Positions 35,332-45,616 of a stretch of DNA of 64,000 bases are shown here, piece after piece (position 1 is the stretch's first letter; every line of letters starts with the position of its first letter). Under the pieces are notes generated by a model. That model was not told the DNA's origin and made no database searches. It saw only the letters and a list, made by a program, of their open reading frames with translations. A program made the translations under genes and the position numbers. The DNA lies in contig CBDDFZ010000001.1 of assembly GCA_965227515.1 (NCBI GenBank), positions 544,001 to 608,000 on the forward strand. The letters run 5' to 3'. This DNA comes from Alphaproteobacteria bacterium (lineage in GTDB: Bacteria > Pseudomonadota > Alphaproteobacteria > CALKHQ01).

Positions 35332-38300
35332 TCAAGCTAGGTCGGCTCGATCCAATTCCGCATCGGCCAGACGGTCGGCGCGCGGCCCGGCGGTCCAGAT
35401 CAGCCAGCACTCGACCGGCCGGTCCGGGAAAACCCGGCGCAAGACCGAGCGATAAAGTGCCATTTGCCGCAGATAGGCGGGCGGCGTTGTGGCGACGGTC
35501 GCGGGCGGCGCGCGGTTGGTCTTGAAATCGGCGATGACCACGCGGTCGTCCAGGACGCTCATCCGATCGACCTGGCCGGAGATTTCCGCACCCTGGTGCA
35601 CGCCGACGATGGGCACCTCGGCCAGGCTGCCGGGCCCGAACAGCCGCGCCAAGTCCGGGGCGCCGATCACCGCCAGCGCCTCTTGCGCCAGCGCCCCGGC
35701 CTCCGCCTCCGGCGCGCCGGGCCAGCGCCGTGCCACCAGCCGCCGGGCGGCGGCATCGCGGCGGTCGGGCGGCACTTCCGGCAACGCCTGCAGCATCGCA
35801 TGGATCAGGTTGCCGCGTTGCCGGGGGGTCAGGTCCCCGGCGGCCGTGTCCGGGCGTGGCGACAGCACCGGCGGCGCCTCCTCGAACCCGCCTGACGGCG
35901 ACGCAACGACCGGTCTCGGCCGCTCCCGCGCCGGATCGTTTCGAGCCCAGAACGGCAAAGGCGACCCCGTCACTTCGGCGTCCGGCGCGCCTGTATCGCG
36001 TGGAGTTTCCTTTTGGGGGCAGGCGTAGCGCCATGCGGCCAGGTCCTCCAGTCCGGCGCCGCCGGTAACGCCGTCGGGCACCTCCGCCGCCGACAAGTCC
36101 TCCAGGCCGGCGCGCACCAGCCCATGCCACGACTCCTCGACCGCGCCGGCATTCGAGGCCGGCTCGACACCACAGACATAGAGCCGGTCCTCGGCGCGGG
36201 TCATGGCGACATAGAGCAGGCGGTGATACTCGCGCCGCTGCGCGGCCTCGGCCAACTGGTGGGCCTGGCCGATGGTGGCGTCCTCATCGTCCCGGCGCGG
36301 CGCCCACAATGGTGCCGCCGCCCCGCTCGCGGCGCCACGCACCGCTGGGTCCGGCTGCCAGAAGACACGGTTGCTCACCTTCGGCCGGCCGGTCGTGTCG
36401 GGCAGGAACACCACCGGCGCCTGCAGGCCCTTGGCGCCATGCACCGTCATCACCCGCACCACGTCGGCGCTGCCCTGCTCCGGGTCGCGCTTCACTTCCA
36501 CGTCGCTCGATGCGAGCCACTGCACGAAGCCGATCAGCGACGGCGCATGCCGCGCCTCATAGGCAAGCGCCAGGCTCAGCAGCTCGTCGATGGGGTCGGC
36601 GGCATCGGGGCCCAGGCGGCGGAGCATGCGCTCCCGGCCGCTGACATCATCGCCGCCGCCATCCCCACCTCCATTGCCATCGCGCGCGTTCAGCATCGCC
36701 TCGACCAGCGCATGAGGCGACAGCCGGGCCGCCATCCGGCGAAAGTCCTCGATGGTGGCATGGGCGCGGCCAAGCCGGCTGTCCGGGTCGGTCTCGGCTT
36801 TCTCTTGGAGGGCTTTCCACAGCCGCCGGCTCTGCCGTCCTGCCGCCAGCGCGAACAGATCGTCCTCGTCGCAGCCCAATAGCGGCGATTTCAGCGCCGC
36901 CGCCAGGGTCAGGTCGTCGTCGGGCAGCACGATCACCCGCGCGAACGCGATCAGGTCCTGCACCGCGATGTGGTCGGTCAGCTTCAGGCGGTCGCGGCCT
37001 GCCACCGGCACGCCGCGCGCCTTCAGCTCGCGCACCAGCATGTCGTCCAGCGCGAAGCGCCGCCGCACCAGCACCAGGATGTCGCCGGCGCGGATGGCGC
37101 GGCCCTTGGACTCGAGCACCTCGTTGCCGATCATCGCGGCGATGCGGTCGGCCAGCCGGGTCGCCAGCCGCGAGACCGGCGAACGCTCCTCGGTCGCCTC
37201 CACCGGCGGCTTCCACGGCGGCGGCGTGTCGTCGACCGCGCGCGGCTCCAGCCCCCACAGCTCGACGAAGCCGCCGGCGCCCTCGCGATGCGCCTTGTGC
37301 TCCAGCCAGTCCCGGTCGCGCTGCTGCACGCCATCGGCGGCGGCCGGCCGTTTGAAGACCGCGTCCACCGTGTCCAGCACGGCACGGACGGATCGGAAGG
37401 ACGTGCCCAATGCAATGTCCGAGAAGCTATAGCCCGCATCGCATATTTCGGTTTCGAAATGAGTGCGCATGGCGCCGAACAGGGCCGGGTCCGCGCCCTG
37501 GAAGCTGTAGATCGACTGCTTCTCGTCGCCGACGGCGAACACGGTGCGCGGCGGCGGGCCGGCGGCATCGGCGGCGTGGGCGAAGAACTCGTCGGCCAGC
37601 AGCCGCATCACTTCCCACTGGTCGGGGCTGGTGTCCTGCGCCTCGTCGATCAGGATGTGGGCGAGGCCGCCGTCGATCTTGTAGTGGACCCATGGCGCGA
37701 TGCCGGGCTGGCGCAGCAGCGCCAGGGTGCGCGCGATCAGGTCCTCGTAGTCGAGCGCGGCGCGATAGGTCTTCATCGCCTGGTAGCGCGCGATCACCGC
37801 GTCGGCGACGCGGACCAGCGCTGTCGTCCCCGCCAGCACGCCCGCACTGAGCAGTTCGTCGACAAAATCGACGATCCGCGCCTGCTCCCGCGCCAGTGCG
37901 TCGGCGGCATCGGGATCGGCCTCGCTCACCTTCTTGGTCGCCAGGGTCTTCTGCGGCGTGCCCTTCTGGGTTAGCCAGACCCTGCGATACGCCCCGAATC
38001 CGGCGCGGCGCGCGGCCTCGTCGCCAGCCAACCAGCCGGCGATGGCCTGGCCGCGGGCACCGTCGGCGCCGCTACCGCCGAGCAGGGCGACGGCGGCCCC
38101 GCGCAGTCCTTCGCGGTCGAAGGCGCCCTCGGCGCAGGCGGCGGCAATCACCGCTTCCGGCGTCACCGGGCCGGGCAGCCCCAAGACACCGGGGAGGGCG
38201 GCCAGCGCGCCCCGCAGCCCGCCATGGGCATCGATCCATGTGGAGAGCTTGCCGCGCGCGGCGACCATGCCGCGCAGCAGGTTGTCGATCTCGTCGGCGG

Positions 38301-38889
38301 AGATCTGGCCGGCCAGCAGCGACAGCGCCTCCGCCACGCCGTCGTCGGCATCTTGCGCCACCGTCAGCACGTGCATGCGCGCGGCGGTCAGCAAGTCGGC
38401 GGCCTCCCGCTCCTCGATCACGCCGAAATGCGGCGCGACGCCGGCCTCCAGCGGAAAGCGGCGCAGCAGCGACTGGCAGAAGGCGTGGATGGTCTCGATC
38501 CGCAGGCTCTCGCGATTGTCCAGCACCTCGGCGAACAGCCGGCGCGCATCCTCCACGGTCTTGCCGGCTATCGGGCTGTCGGCTATTGGGCTGCCAGTCA
38601 GCGCGGTCAGTTCCAGGCTCAGCTCGTGCGGCGCGCAGGTCGCCCAGTGCGCCAACCTGTCGGTCAGCCGGTTGACCATCTCGCCAGCCGCCGCCTTGGT
38701 GTAGGTCAGGCACAGGATGCGGTGCACCGACGCCCCGCTCAGCAACAGGCGCAGCACCCGGTCGGTCAGCACCTTGGTCTTGCCGGACCCGGCCGAGGCC
38801 GACACCCAGACCGACCCGCCGGGCGTGCTGGCGGCGAGCTGTTCGCCGGTGGGCTCGCCCTTCCGTGGCTCGGCAACGGCCTCGCTCAT
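35332..38889 (-). CDS. addA: DSB repair helicase/nuclease AddA
   Basis: ASAGSGKT, DEAQDT, VGDEKQSIYSFQGA, TVHGAKGL, YVAMTRA, DFKT nuclease motif. Confidence 0.96.
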   Translation of the reverse strand: MSEAVAEPRKGEPTGEQLAASTPGGSVWVSASAGSGKTKVLTDRVLRLLLSGASVHRILCLTYTKAAAGEMVNRLTDRLAHWATCAPHELSLELTALTGSPIADSPIAGKTVEDARRLFAEVLDNRESLRIETIHAFCQSLLRRFPLEAGVAPHFGVIEEREAADLLTAARMHVLTVAQDADDGVAEALSLLAGQISADEIDNLLRGMVAARGKLSTWIDAHGGLRGALAALPGVLGLPGPVTPEAVIAAACAEGAFDREGLRGAAVALLGGSGADGARGQAIAGWLAGDEAARRAGFGAYRRVWLTQKGTPQKTLATKKVSEADPDAADALAREQARIVDFVDELLSAGVLAGTTALVRVADAVIARYQAMKTYRAALDYEDLIARTLALLRQPGIAPWVHYKIDGGLAHILIDEAQDTSPDQWEVMRLLADEFFAHAADAAGPPPRTVFAVGDEKQSIYSFQGADPALFGAMRTHFETEICDAGYSFSDIALGTSFRSVRAVLDTVDAVFKRPAAADGVQQRDRDWLEHKAHREGAGGFVELWGLEPRAVDDTPPPWKPPVEATEERSPVSRLATRLADRIAAMIGNEVLESKGRAIRAGDILVLVRRRFALDDMLVRELKARGVPVAGRDRLKLTDHIAVQDLIAFARVIVLPDDDLTLAAALKSPLLGCDEDDLFALAAGRQSRRLWKALQEKAETDPDSRLGRAHATIEDFRRMAARLSPHALVEAMLNARDGNGGGDGGGDDVSGRERMLRRLGPDAADPIDELLSLALAYEARHAPSLIGFVQWLASSDVEVKRDPEQGSADVVRVMTVHGAKGLQAPVVFLPDTTGRPKVSNRVFWQPDPAVRGAASGAAAPLWAPRRDDEDATIGQAHQLAEAAQRREYHRLLYVAMTRAEDRLYVCGVEPASNAGAVEESWHGLVRAGLEDLSAAEVPDGVTGGAGLEDLAAWRYACPQKETPRDTGAPDAEVTGSPLPFWARNDPARERPRPVVASPSGGFEEAPPVLSPRPDTAAGDLTPRQRGNLIHAMLQALPEVPPDRRDAAARRLVARRWPGAPEAEAGALAQEALAVIGAPDLARLFGPGSLAEVPIVGVHQGAEISGQVDRMSVLDDRVVIADFKTNRAPPATVATTPPAYLRQMALYRSVLRRVFPDRPVECWLIWTAGPRADRLADAELDRADLA

Positions 38890-41852
38890 TCCGGGTCCTC
38901 CCCGCCGACCGCGCTCCATTCGCTGGTCCGGGCCAGGTGCTGGTAGTCGTCGTAGCGCGGCGCGTGCTTCGGCGACGGGCGGGCGAGATAGGGCGTGGCC
39001 GCGTCATCGAAGCGGGCGACGAGGCCGGCCAGCCCCGTCTTTGCCTCGGCGATCACATCGTCGGGCGGGCCCTTGGTGGCCGATTTCACCTCGCCGGCCG
39101 GCACCAACCCGCCGACCCGCCAGTACTCGAGCGCCGAGATCGCGGTCGCCGACACGCCCTCGAACCCGCCGGCCAGCACCATCGCGCCCTCCAGGGTGAG
39201 CTGCGGGGCATAGCCCGCCGCCACTTCGGTCGCCGAGGGCGGTGCGCCGGTCTTGTAGTCGATGACCCGCGCGGTGCCGTCGGCCAGCAGGTCGATGCGG
39301 TCGGCGGTGGCGGACAGGGTGAACGGTCCGGCCTGGCCCATCACCTCCATCTCGCCCTTGCGCTCGGTGACCGTGCGGGCGATGGCGTGCGCGCGCTCGT
39401 CCTGCCGCTCGGCGAACCAGGCGGCGACCCGGGCGATCCTGGGCCACCACAGGGCACGGATCGCCGGTGAATCGATACTGTCGTCCAGCACCTGGCGGCC
39501 CAGCGCCAGCAAGGACTCCAGCGTGCCGGGACCATCCCCAGGGCCGTCCGAGGCGACGAAGCGGTCCAGCACGTCGTGCACCACATTGCCGAAATCGGCC
39601 GCGCCGGGCTCCTCGTCCAGGTCGTCGAGCTTGCGCAAGCCCAGCACATGGCGGGCATAGACCGCATAGGGATTGCGCCGCCACATCTCGATCTGGGTGA
39701 CCGAAAGCCGGCGCGGGCGGGCGGCCACCGGCGGCGTCGGGGCTGGGCGGGCAACCGGAGCCAAGCCCTTCGGCCGGTCGAGCGCGGCGGCCCAGGCCAG
39801 CCAGTCGCCGGATGCGAAGCGTGTGGCCTCGCCGCCGCCAAACGTGTCCAGCGTCGCATCCAGGCGCAGCAGCCAGCGCGACGGCGTCGTCGGCGCGCCA
39901 TCGACCCTCAGCGCACGGGTCAGCATCACTTCCGGCGCGGCGAAGCATTGCGCAAAGTCGTGCGCGGAAAGCCCGATGCGGCGGTCGGCGCCGGGCAGGC
40001 CGAAGGTGGCGCGCATCGGCCGGCTCATCCACGGGTCGATGCCGGGGTCCGGCGGCCAAGTGCCGTCGTTCAGGCCGCCCAGCACGACCAAATCATGGCG
40101 CTGCAGCCGTGCCTCCAGCGGTCCCAGGATCGCCAGCCGGGGGTGGGTGCCGAACCCGGGGCGGACGGTCACGGACTCCAACCCGGCGGTCAGCACGGCG
40201 AGGTAGTCGTCCGGCGTCAACGGTGCACAGTCCGCGGCGGCGACCCCCAGGTCGTCCAGCACTTCCTGCGCCGCATTGCCGTCATCGCCCGCCCAAAGGC
40301 TGTCGGCGCCGGCCAGCGCCTCGGCGGCGGCGATGTGGGCGGCCAGATAGTCGGTCAGCGGCGCGGTGGCGCGCGGATCGGTGCACAGCGCGGCGAGCGG
40401 GCCGAGTTTCGCCTCCAGGCTGTCGAGCCACCCCAGCCAGCGCGTGCGATGGTCAGCCGCATCGTCGGCGGCAACGCGGGCGCGCAAACCCTCGAACCCC
40501 GGCGCCGGGCGCGGGCCGCGCAGGTAGCGCCGCTCGAAGGTGCGGATGTCGGCATCGTGGGCGCCGCGCATATCCTCCGCCACCAGCGGGTGATGCAGCA
40601 GGGCGAGCAGGGGCACCGGCGCCAGACCCTCGATCGCCGCCTCGAGGAGATGCAGCAGGTACCGGCCCGCGCGGGACCGCGACAGGCGCCGGCCGGCACT
40701 GTCGTCGATGGCGATATGCCAGCGCGCCAGCAGCGCCGCCACCCGCGCCGCCAACTGCCGGTCGGGGGTGACGAGCACGCCGGTGCGCTCCGGGGTCTCC
40801 AGCACGCCGCGCAGGGCCAGCGCGATCGCCGTCGCCTCGTCCTGCGGCGTCGGGCAGTCGACCCGGGTGACGCCAGCCATCGCCGAGCGCACCTGCGCCG
40901 CCGGAAAGTCCTCGCGGGGCACGTCGCCGGTGCGCGATGCCGGCAGTTGCGCGATGCCGACGAGCCGCAGCCGGTCCGGCATCGGCGGCGGTTCGTCCGG
41001 CGCGCGCGGCCAGTCGGCAACTGCCTCGCGCGGCAACCCCATCTGGTCGAGCAGGTGCTTCAGGCCGTATTGCGGATGGGTCGGCCCGACGGCCGCCCAG
41101 TCATCGTCATCGAGGGCGCGGTCCAGGCCGGGCAGGACGACCACGCCGTTCGGCAACCCCGCCACCGCCGCCACCAACGCGGCGGTTGCCGGCACGGTGC
41201 CGGTGGTGCCGGCGGCGAAGATCGGACCATCGGGCGGATTTGCGCGCCACGCCGCCGCCATCGCCCGCAACAGCCGGTTGCGCCGATCGGCCGGGTCGAT
41301 CAAGCCCATACCGTCGAGGATCCGCGGCCAGTGCTCGGTGACGATGCGCAGGAACGCCACCGTGTCCTGCCAATGTTGCGGGTTCGGCAGGTCGACCAGA
41401 TCGGCCAGGCGCGCCCAGTCCAGCCCCTCGGTGTGGACCTGGTCGACCAGCCGCGCCAGCTCGTCGGCCAGCCGCAACGCCATGTCCTGGGTGCCGGCGA
41501 AGGTGCCGCCGCCCTGGCGGATCAGCCGGGCCAGGATCAAACGGCGGCGCATCTCGCCGATGGCTGGCGGGATATCCGCGTCGCCGATCAATGCGTCCAG
41601 ACCGAGGGTCTCAGGTGCATCGTCGTCCGGGGCGCCGAACGTCGAGATGCGCGGCAGCAGCAGGCCGTCCCGCGCCCCGTGGTGCAGGAACGCTGCCCGC
41701 AGCGCCCGCTCGGCGCGCCGGGTCGGCAGCAGGATCCGGGCGCGGGCCAGCGACATCGGGTCGGTGCCGATGCGGGCAAGAATGCCGTGGGCCAGCGCAT
41801 CGACGAACGACCGGTCGGCCGAGATCGTGAAGACGCTGCCCGAGGCGGCCAT
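38886..41852 (-). CDS. addB: DSB repair protein AddB
   Basis: LLPTRRA, LVTPDR, LGPLEARL, ADRID..IDYKTG, PQL. Confidence 0.95.
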   Translation of the reverse strand: MAASGSVFTISADRSFVDALAHGILARIGTDPMSLARARILLPTRRAERALRAAFLHHGARDGLLLPRISTFGAPDDDAPETLGLDALIGDADIPPAIGEMRRRLILARLIRQGGGTFAGTQDMALRLADELARLVDQVHTEGLDWARLADLVDLPNPQHWQDTVAFLRIVTEHWPRILDGMGLIDPADRRNRLLRAMAAAWRANPPDGPIFAAGTTGTVPATAALVAAVAGLPNGVVVLPGLDRALDDDDWAAVGPTHPQYGLKHLLDQMGLPREAVADWPRAPDEPPPMPDRLRLVGIAQLPASRTGDVPREDFPAAQVRSAMAGVTRVDCPTPQDEATAIALALRGVLETPERTGVLVTPDRQLAARVAALLARWHIAIDDSAGRRLSRSRAGRYLLHLLEAAIEGLAPVPLLALLHHPLVAEDMRGAHDADIRTFERRYLRGPRPAPGFEGLRARVAADDAADHRTRWLGWLDSLEAKLGPLAALCTDPRATAPLTDYLAAHIAAAEALAGADSLWAGDDGNAAQEVLDDLGVAAADCAPLTPDDYLAVLTAGLESVTVRPGFGTHPRLAILGPLEARLQRHDLVVLGGLNDGTWPPDPGIDPWMSRPMRATFGLPGADRRIGLSAHDFAQCFAAPEVMLTRALRVDGAPTTPSRWLLRLDATLDTFGGGEATRFASGDWLAWAAALDRPKGLAPVARPAPTPPVAARPRRLSVTQIEMWRRNPYAVYARHVLGLRKLDDLDEEPGAADFGNVVHDVLDRFVASDGPGDGPGTLESLLALGRQVLDDSIDSPAIRALWWPRIARVAAWFAERQDERAHAIARTVTERKGEMEVMGQAGPFTLSATADRIDLLADGTARVIDYKTGAPPSATEVAAGYAPQLTLEGAMVLAGGFEGVSATAISALEYWRVGGLVPAGEVKSATKGPPDDVIAEAKTGLAGLVARFDDAATPYLARPSPKHAPRYDDYQHLARTSEWSAVGGEDPE

Positions 41853-41861
41853 TATCCTGAT

Positions 41862-42641
41862 TTAGGTGTACAGGGCGTGCAGCAGGTCGCCGGCCAGGAA
41901 CGCCTCGGCCTCGCGCAAGGCGGCGGGCGTGCCGACGTGGAACCACTCGCCGTCGTGGTTGAGCCCGAACAGCCGCCCGGCCGCCTCCGCCCGGTCGAAC
42001 AACAGCTTCATGGAGAACGGGTCCGGCGGCAGATTGACGAAGACGCGCGGGTGCACGATCTGGACGCTGGCGAAAGCGAATGGCGCGGAATGTCCTTCCT
42101 CGCGGCCGGTCAGGTGGCCCATCGGATCGAGGTCATAGTCGCCCAGGCCGTCATAGCCCAGGGCGCGCGCGGTCGATTTGACCAGCAGCAGGATGTCCAT
42201 CCGTTCCGGGTCCCACATCGCCTGCATGCGGTCGAGCGTCGGCATCGGCCCGTCGAGCCAGAACGCGTCGCCGTTGATGACGAAGAACGGGTCCGGCCCC
42301 AGCCGGTCGAGCGCCCTGCGCACGCCGCCGCCAGTGCCCAGCAGTTCCGGCTCGTGCATCACCTCAACCCGCGGCGATTGCCACAGCGACAGGTGGTTGG
42401 CCAGCCGGTCCGCCAGGTAGTGGGCATTGACCACAACATCGGTGATGCCGGCCTCCACCAACCGGTCGAGGATGGTGTCGATCAGGCTGCGGTCGGCCAG
42501 CGGCAGCAGGGGCTTGGGCGTGGTGTCGGTCAGGGGACGCATGCGGGTGCCCAGCCCGGCGCACAGCACCATTGCCCGCGTGATTGGGGCTCGGGTGATG
42601 GGCGCGCTGGACGCGGCGGCGGTTTCGGACGGCGCGGTCAT
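41862..42641 (-). CDS. murU: Nucleotidyltransferase, MurU-like
   Basis: LCAGLGTRMRPLT..PKPL, WFHVGTP; adjacent to amgK-like gene. Confidence 0.8.
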   Translation of the reverse strand: MTAPSETAAASSAPITRAPITRAMVLCAGLGTRMRPLTDTTPKPLLPLADRSLIDTILDRLVEAGITDVVVNAHYLADRLANHLSLWQSPRVEVMHEPELLGTGGGVRRALDRLGPDPFFVINGDAFWLDGPMPTLDRMQAMWDPERMDILLLVKSTARALGYDGLGDYDLDPMGHLTGREEGHSAPFAFASVQIVHPRVFVNLPPDPFSMKLLFDRAEAAGRLFGLNHDGEWFHVGTPAALREAEAFLAGDLLHALYT

Positions 42642-42680
42642 GGCGCCATGTCTGCAACGCGCGCGCGGCGAAGGCAAGCC

Positions 42681-43697
42681 TCAGCCGGCATCGGATGCGC
42701 CAATCTCGCGCCATGCGGGACGGGCGTGTTGCGCGAACCACGCGGCGACCGGCGCGTTGGCCGGATGGGAGAGCGCCGCGTCGAGCCGCCGCCACGTGCG
42801 CTGAAGATGCTGCAGTGGCTGGGCGGCGAGACCGGCGCGGGCGGCGATCCGCCCCAGGCCGCCCAGGATCTGGCAGGCGCGCTGCGCACTGGCGACCGCC
42901 ATTGCCGTCTCCAGCCATTCCCCGGACACGCCCGTGACCCCTTTGAGGAAGCGATCTGTCGCCGCCATCACCACGTCGGCCGTCGCATCGCGGCGGACGT
43001 CCTGCAACAGGCAGGCGAGGTCGAAGCCCGCCGGCGCCAGCACCGCGTCCTGGAAATCGATCATGCCGCAGCGGCCAGGCGGCGGCCGGTCCGGCAGCCA
43101 ATAGAGATTGCCGGGGTGGAAGTCGTAATGGGCCACCGCCAACGGGCCGTCCATCGCCGTTGACCAGGGCGCCCGCCACGCCGCAATGAACGATTCCCGC
43201 ACGGCAGGGCCGTCGGCCTTCGGATCGGCCAGCGGCAGGTAGAAGTCGACGAACCGGGCCGCCCGCAGGCCCGCCTCGGCCGCGTCGAACACAGGCACGG
43301 GCTGGCCCCCACTGCGCGACGCGTCGTGCATGCGCACCAGCACATCCACCGCCGCGTCGTAGTACGGCGCCGGGTCGGCCCCCGCATACAAGAGATCGGA
43401 CATGGATTGCGCGCCGTAGTCCTCGCACAGCAACAGGCCCTGCGCCGGATCGACTGCGAGGATCGCCGGCACGCTCAGCCCGGCCGCGTCCATCCAGCCA
43501 TGCACGGCGACGTGCTGCGCCATGGCGCCGCCGGGCCAGTCCATCAGCACCGCCGATTGCCCGCCCCGGCTCAGACGGCGGAACCCGCGCGTCGACCAGT
43601 CGGCGGCGATGGGGCTTGCGGCCGCATCGCCCCAGCCCGCCGCATCCAGGAACCCGCGGACCGTATCTTCGTGCTTGCCCATTAAATCATTTCGCAT
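42681..43697 (-). CDS. APH-family phosphotransferase, AmgK-like MurNAc/GlcNAc kinase
   Basis: ADWSTRGFRR, EDYG, HYDFHPGNL, IDFQDA; tsaE-amgK-murU synteny. Confidence 0.8.
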   Translation of the reverse strand: MRNDLMGKHEDTVRGFLDAAGWGDAAASPIAADWSTRGFRRLSRGGQSAVLMDWPGGAMAQHVAVHGWMDAAGLSVPAILAVDPAQGLLLCEDYGAQSMSDLLYAGADPAPYYDAAVDVLVRMHDASRSGGQPVPVFDAAEAGLRAARFVDFYLPLADPKADGPAVRESFIAAWRAPWSTAMDGPLAVAHYDFHPGNLYWLPDRPPPGRCGMIDFQDAVLAPAGFDLACLLQDVRRDATADVVMAATDRFLKGVTGVSGEWLETAMAVASAQRACQILGGLGRIAARAGLAAQPLQHLQRTWRRLDAALSHPANAPVAAWFAQHARPAWREIGASDAG

Positions 43698-44223
43698 CTG
43701 CAACGATCTTTGCCCAGCGTTCGGTCCAGCGCTGGCCGGCACGCCAGGTGAGCTGGCGCGCACTGTCCGGCGCGGCATCGGCGCCAGCCTCGTCGACCGC
43801 GGCGAAGCCGAGCCAGAGGCAGTCCCGAGGCAGCAGTGCGGCGATCCGTTCCGGCCACTCGATCAGGCTGATGGCGGAGGCGAACGCGTCGTCCAGGCCC
43901 AGTTCCTCCGCCTCCGCCTCGGTTTCCAGCCGATAGGCGTCGACATGCCAGATCGGGGGTTCTGCTTGGTCGTAGACCTGCACCAGGGTGAAGGTGGGGC
44001 TGGCCACGGTCAGCGCCGGGTCGCCGGTGGCCGCCCGAATGAAGGCGCGGGCGAACGCGGTCTTGCCGGCGCCGATCGGGCCGCTGAGCGCGATCACGTC
44101 GCCGGCGCGCGCCACCGCGGCCAGTGCTGCCGCCAGCCGCTCGGTGGCCGCCAGCGACGGCAGGCCCATCTCGCCCTCGGACGCCGCCCCGGGCGCGTTA
44201 CCGACCGCTTGATCGTGGCGCAC
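43687..44223 (-). CDS. tsaE: tRNA threonylcarbamoyladenosine biosynthesis ATPase TsaE
   Basis: GPIGAGKT, SPTFTLV, HVDAYRL, IEWPER; start 44223 (GTG) or 44169. Confidence 0.93.
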   Translation of the reverse strand: MRHDQAVGNAPGAASEGEMGLPSLAATERLAAALAAVARAGDVIALSGPIGAGKTAFARAFIRAATGDPALTVASPTFTLVQVYDQAEPPIWHVDAYRLETEAEAEELGLDDAFASAISLIEWPERIAALLPRDCLWLGFAAVDEAGADAAPDSARQLTWRAGQRWTERWAKIVADAK

Positions 44224-44243
44224 AACGCCCCCATGTTGCGCCG

Positions 44244-45281
44244 ATGCAATCCACCCAGACAAGCGATCCCATCCGCACCGACATCGTCGTTGTCGGCGCT
44301 GGTCCGGTCGGGCTGTTCAGCGTGTTCGAATTAGGCATGTTGAAGATGCGTGCCCATGTGGTCGACACCCTGGCCACCATCGGCGGGCAGTGCGCGGCAC
44401 TCTACCCGGAAAAGCCGATCTACGACATTCCGGGCTTCCCCGCGCTGTCGGCGCAAGAGCTGGTCGACAACCTGGCCGAACAGGCGGCCCCGTTCGAGCC
44501 CACCTATCATCTGGGCGAGCAAGTGACCGGCGTCGCGGCCCGTGCCGACGGCCGGTTCGACGTCACCACCAGCGGCGGCACCCGCCTCGATTGCGCCGGC
44601 ATCCTGATCGCCGCCGGCGCCGGCGCCTTCGGCCCCAACCGGCCGCCGCTGGACGGCATCGAGGACTTCGAGGGTACGAGCGTCCACTACATGGTCCTGC
44701 GCCGCGACGACTTCGCCGGCAAGCGGGTGGTGATCGCCGGCGGCGGCGATTCCGCGGTGGACTGGGCGCTGGCGCTGCACGACGTCGCCGCGCACGTGGC
44801 GGTGGTGCACCGGCGGCCGAAGTTCCGCGCCGCCCCGGAATCGACCTCCAGGCTGGCGGCGCTGGCCGACAGCGGCGCGCTGGAGCTGGTCGTGCCCTAC
44901 CAACTGGCGGGGCTGGAGGGGGACCGGGCCAGCGGCCGGCTCGACGGCGTGGTCGTCGCGACCCTGGACGGCGCGCGCCGCGTGCTGGAAGCGGACGTGC
45001 TGCTGCCGTTCTACGGGCTCTCGATGACCCTCGGACCCATCGCCGAATGGGGCCTGAACATCGACCAGCACCACATCGCGGTCGATCCGTCGACCTGCGC
45101 CACCAACGTGCCGGGCGTGCACGCGGTGGGCGATATCGCCACCTATCCCGGCAAGCTGAAGCTGATCCTGACCGGGTTCAGCGAGGCGGCGATGGCCGCC
45201 CACGCGCTCTACGACCGGGTCCACCCCGACACCGCGCTGCACTTCGAGTACTCGACCACCAAGGGCGTGCCCGGGGCGTAG
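44244..45281 (+). CDS. Thioredoxin-reductase-like ferredoxin--NADP+ reductase (YumC type)
   Basis: GAGPVGL, GGQC..LYPEKPIYDIP, GGGDSAVDWA, YPGKLKLIL; no CxxC. Confidence 0.88.
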   Translation: MQSTQTSDPIRTDIVVVGAGPVGLFSVFELGMLKMRAHVVDTLATIGGQCAALYPEKPIYDIPGFPALSAQELVDNLAEQAAPFEPTYHLGEQVTGVAARADGRFDVTTSGGTRLDCAGILIAAGAGAFGPNRPPLDGIEDFEGTSVHYMVLRRDDFAGKRVVIAGGGDSAVDWALALHDVAAHVAVVHRRPKFRAAPESTSRLAALADSGALELVVPYQLAGLEGDRASGRLDGVVVATLDGARRVLEADVLLPFYGLSMTLGPIAEWGLNIDQHHIAVDPSTCATNVPGVHAVGDIATYPGKLKLILTGFSEAAMAAHALYDRVHPDTALHFEYSTTKGVPGA

Positions 45282-45329
45282 TTCGCGCGCGTTCGTTGCA
45301 TGGTTGCGCATTCCGCTCCCAGCCGGGTT

Positions 45330-45586
45330 CGTCGCCCTCCTCGCGCTTGTCGCGAGGGCCCATGTGCGGGGCGGGCCGGGCCGTTGCGGAAGGAAGCCGT
45401 AACGTTGGCCCATCGAGACCCGGTGTCTGCCTCATCGTGAGGCGACTACATCAACTTGTTCATAAGCTCGGACAGAAATGGGTCCTCGCCACAAGGGCGA
45501 GGACGACAGTAACTTTTTTTCTGCTGCGATTGAGTGACCCGGCGACGAAGTGCGTGGTCACGATAAGGCCAAACCCGAGGATGACG
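45330..45586. repeat. CGTC-type REP cluster between convergent FNR-like gene and divL
   Basis: 45478-45508 is identical (31 bp) to 14559-14589; further units at 45330 and 45574. Confidence 0.8.
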
Positions 45587-45616
45587 ATGGGGTGAAGCGT
45601 TAAGACGCCAGCATCG

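Noticed and set aside
39576-43163. 1195-aa + strand ORF (likewise 2719-4491, 32687-34630 and other long overlapping ORFs)
   Set aside because: Shadow frames of clear genes; Arg/Ala/Gly-rich with no motifs; stop codons are scarce at this GC content
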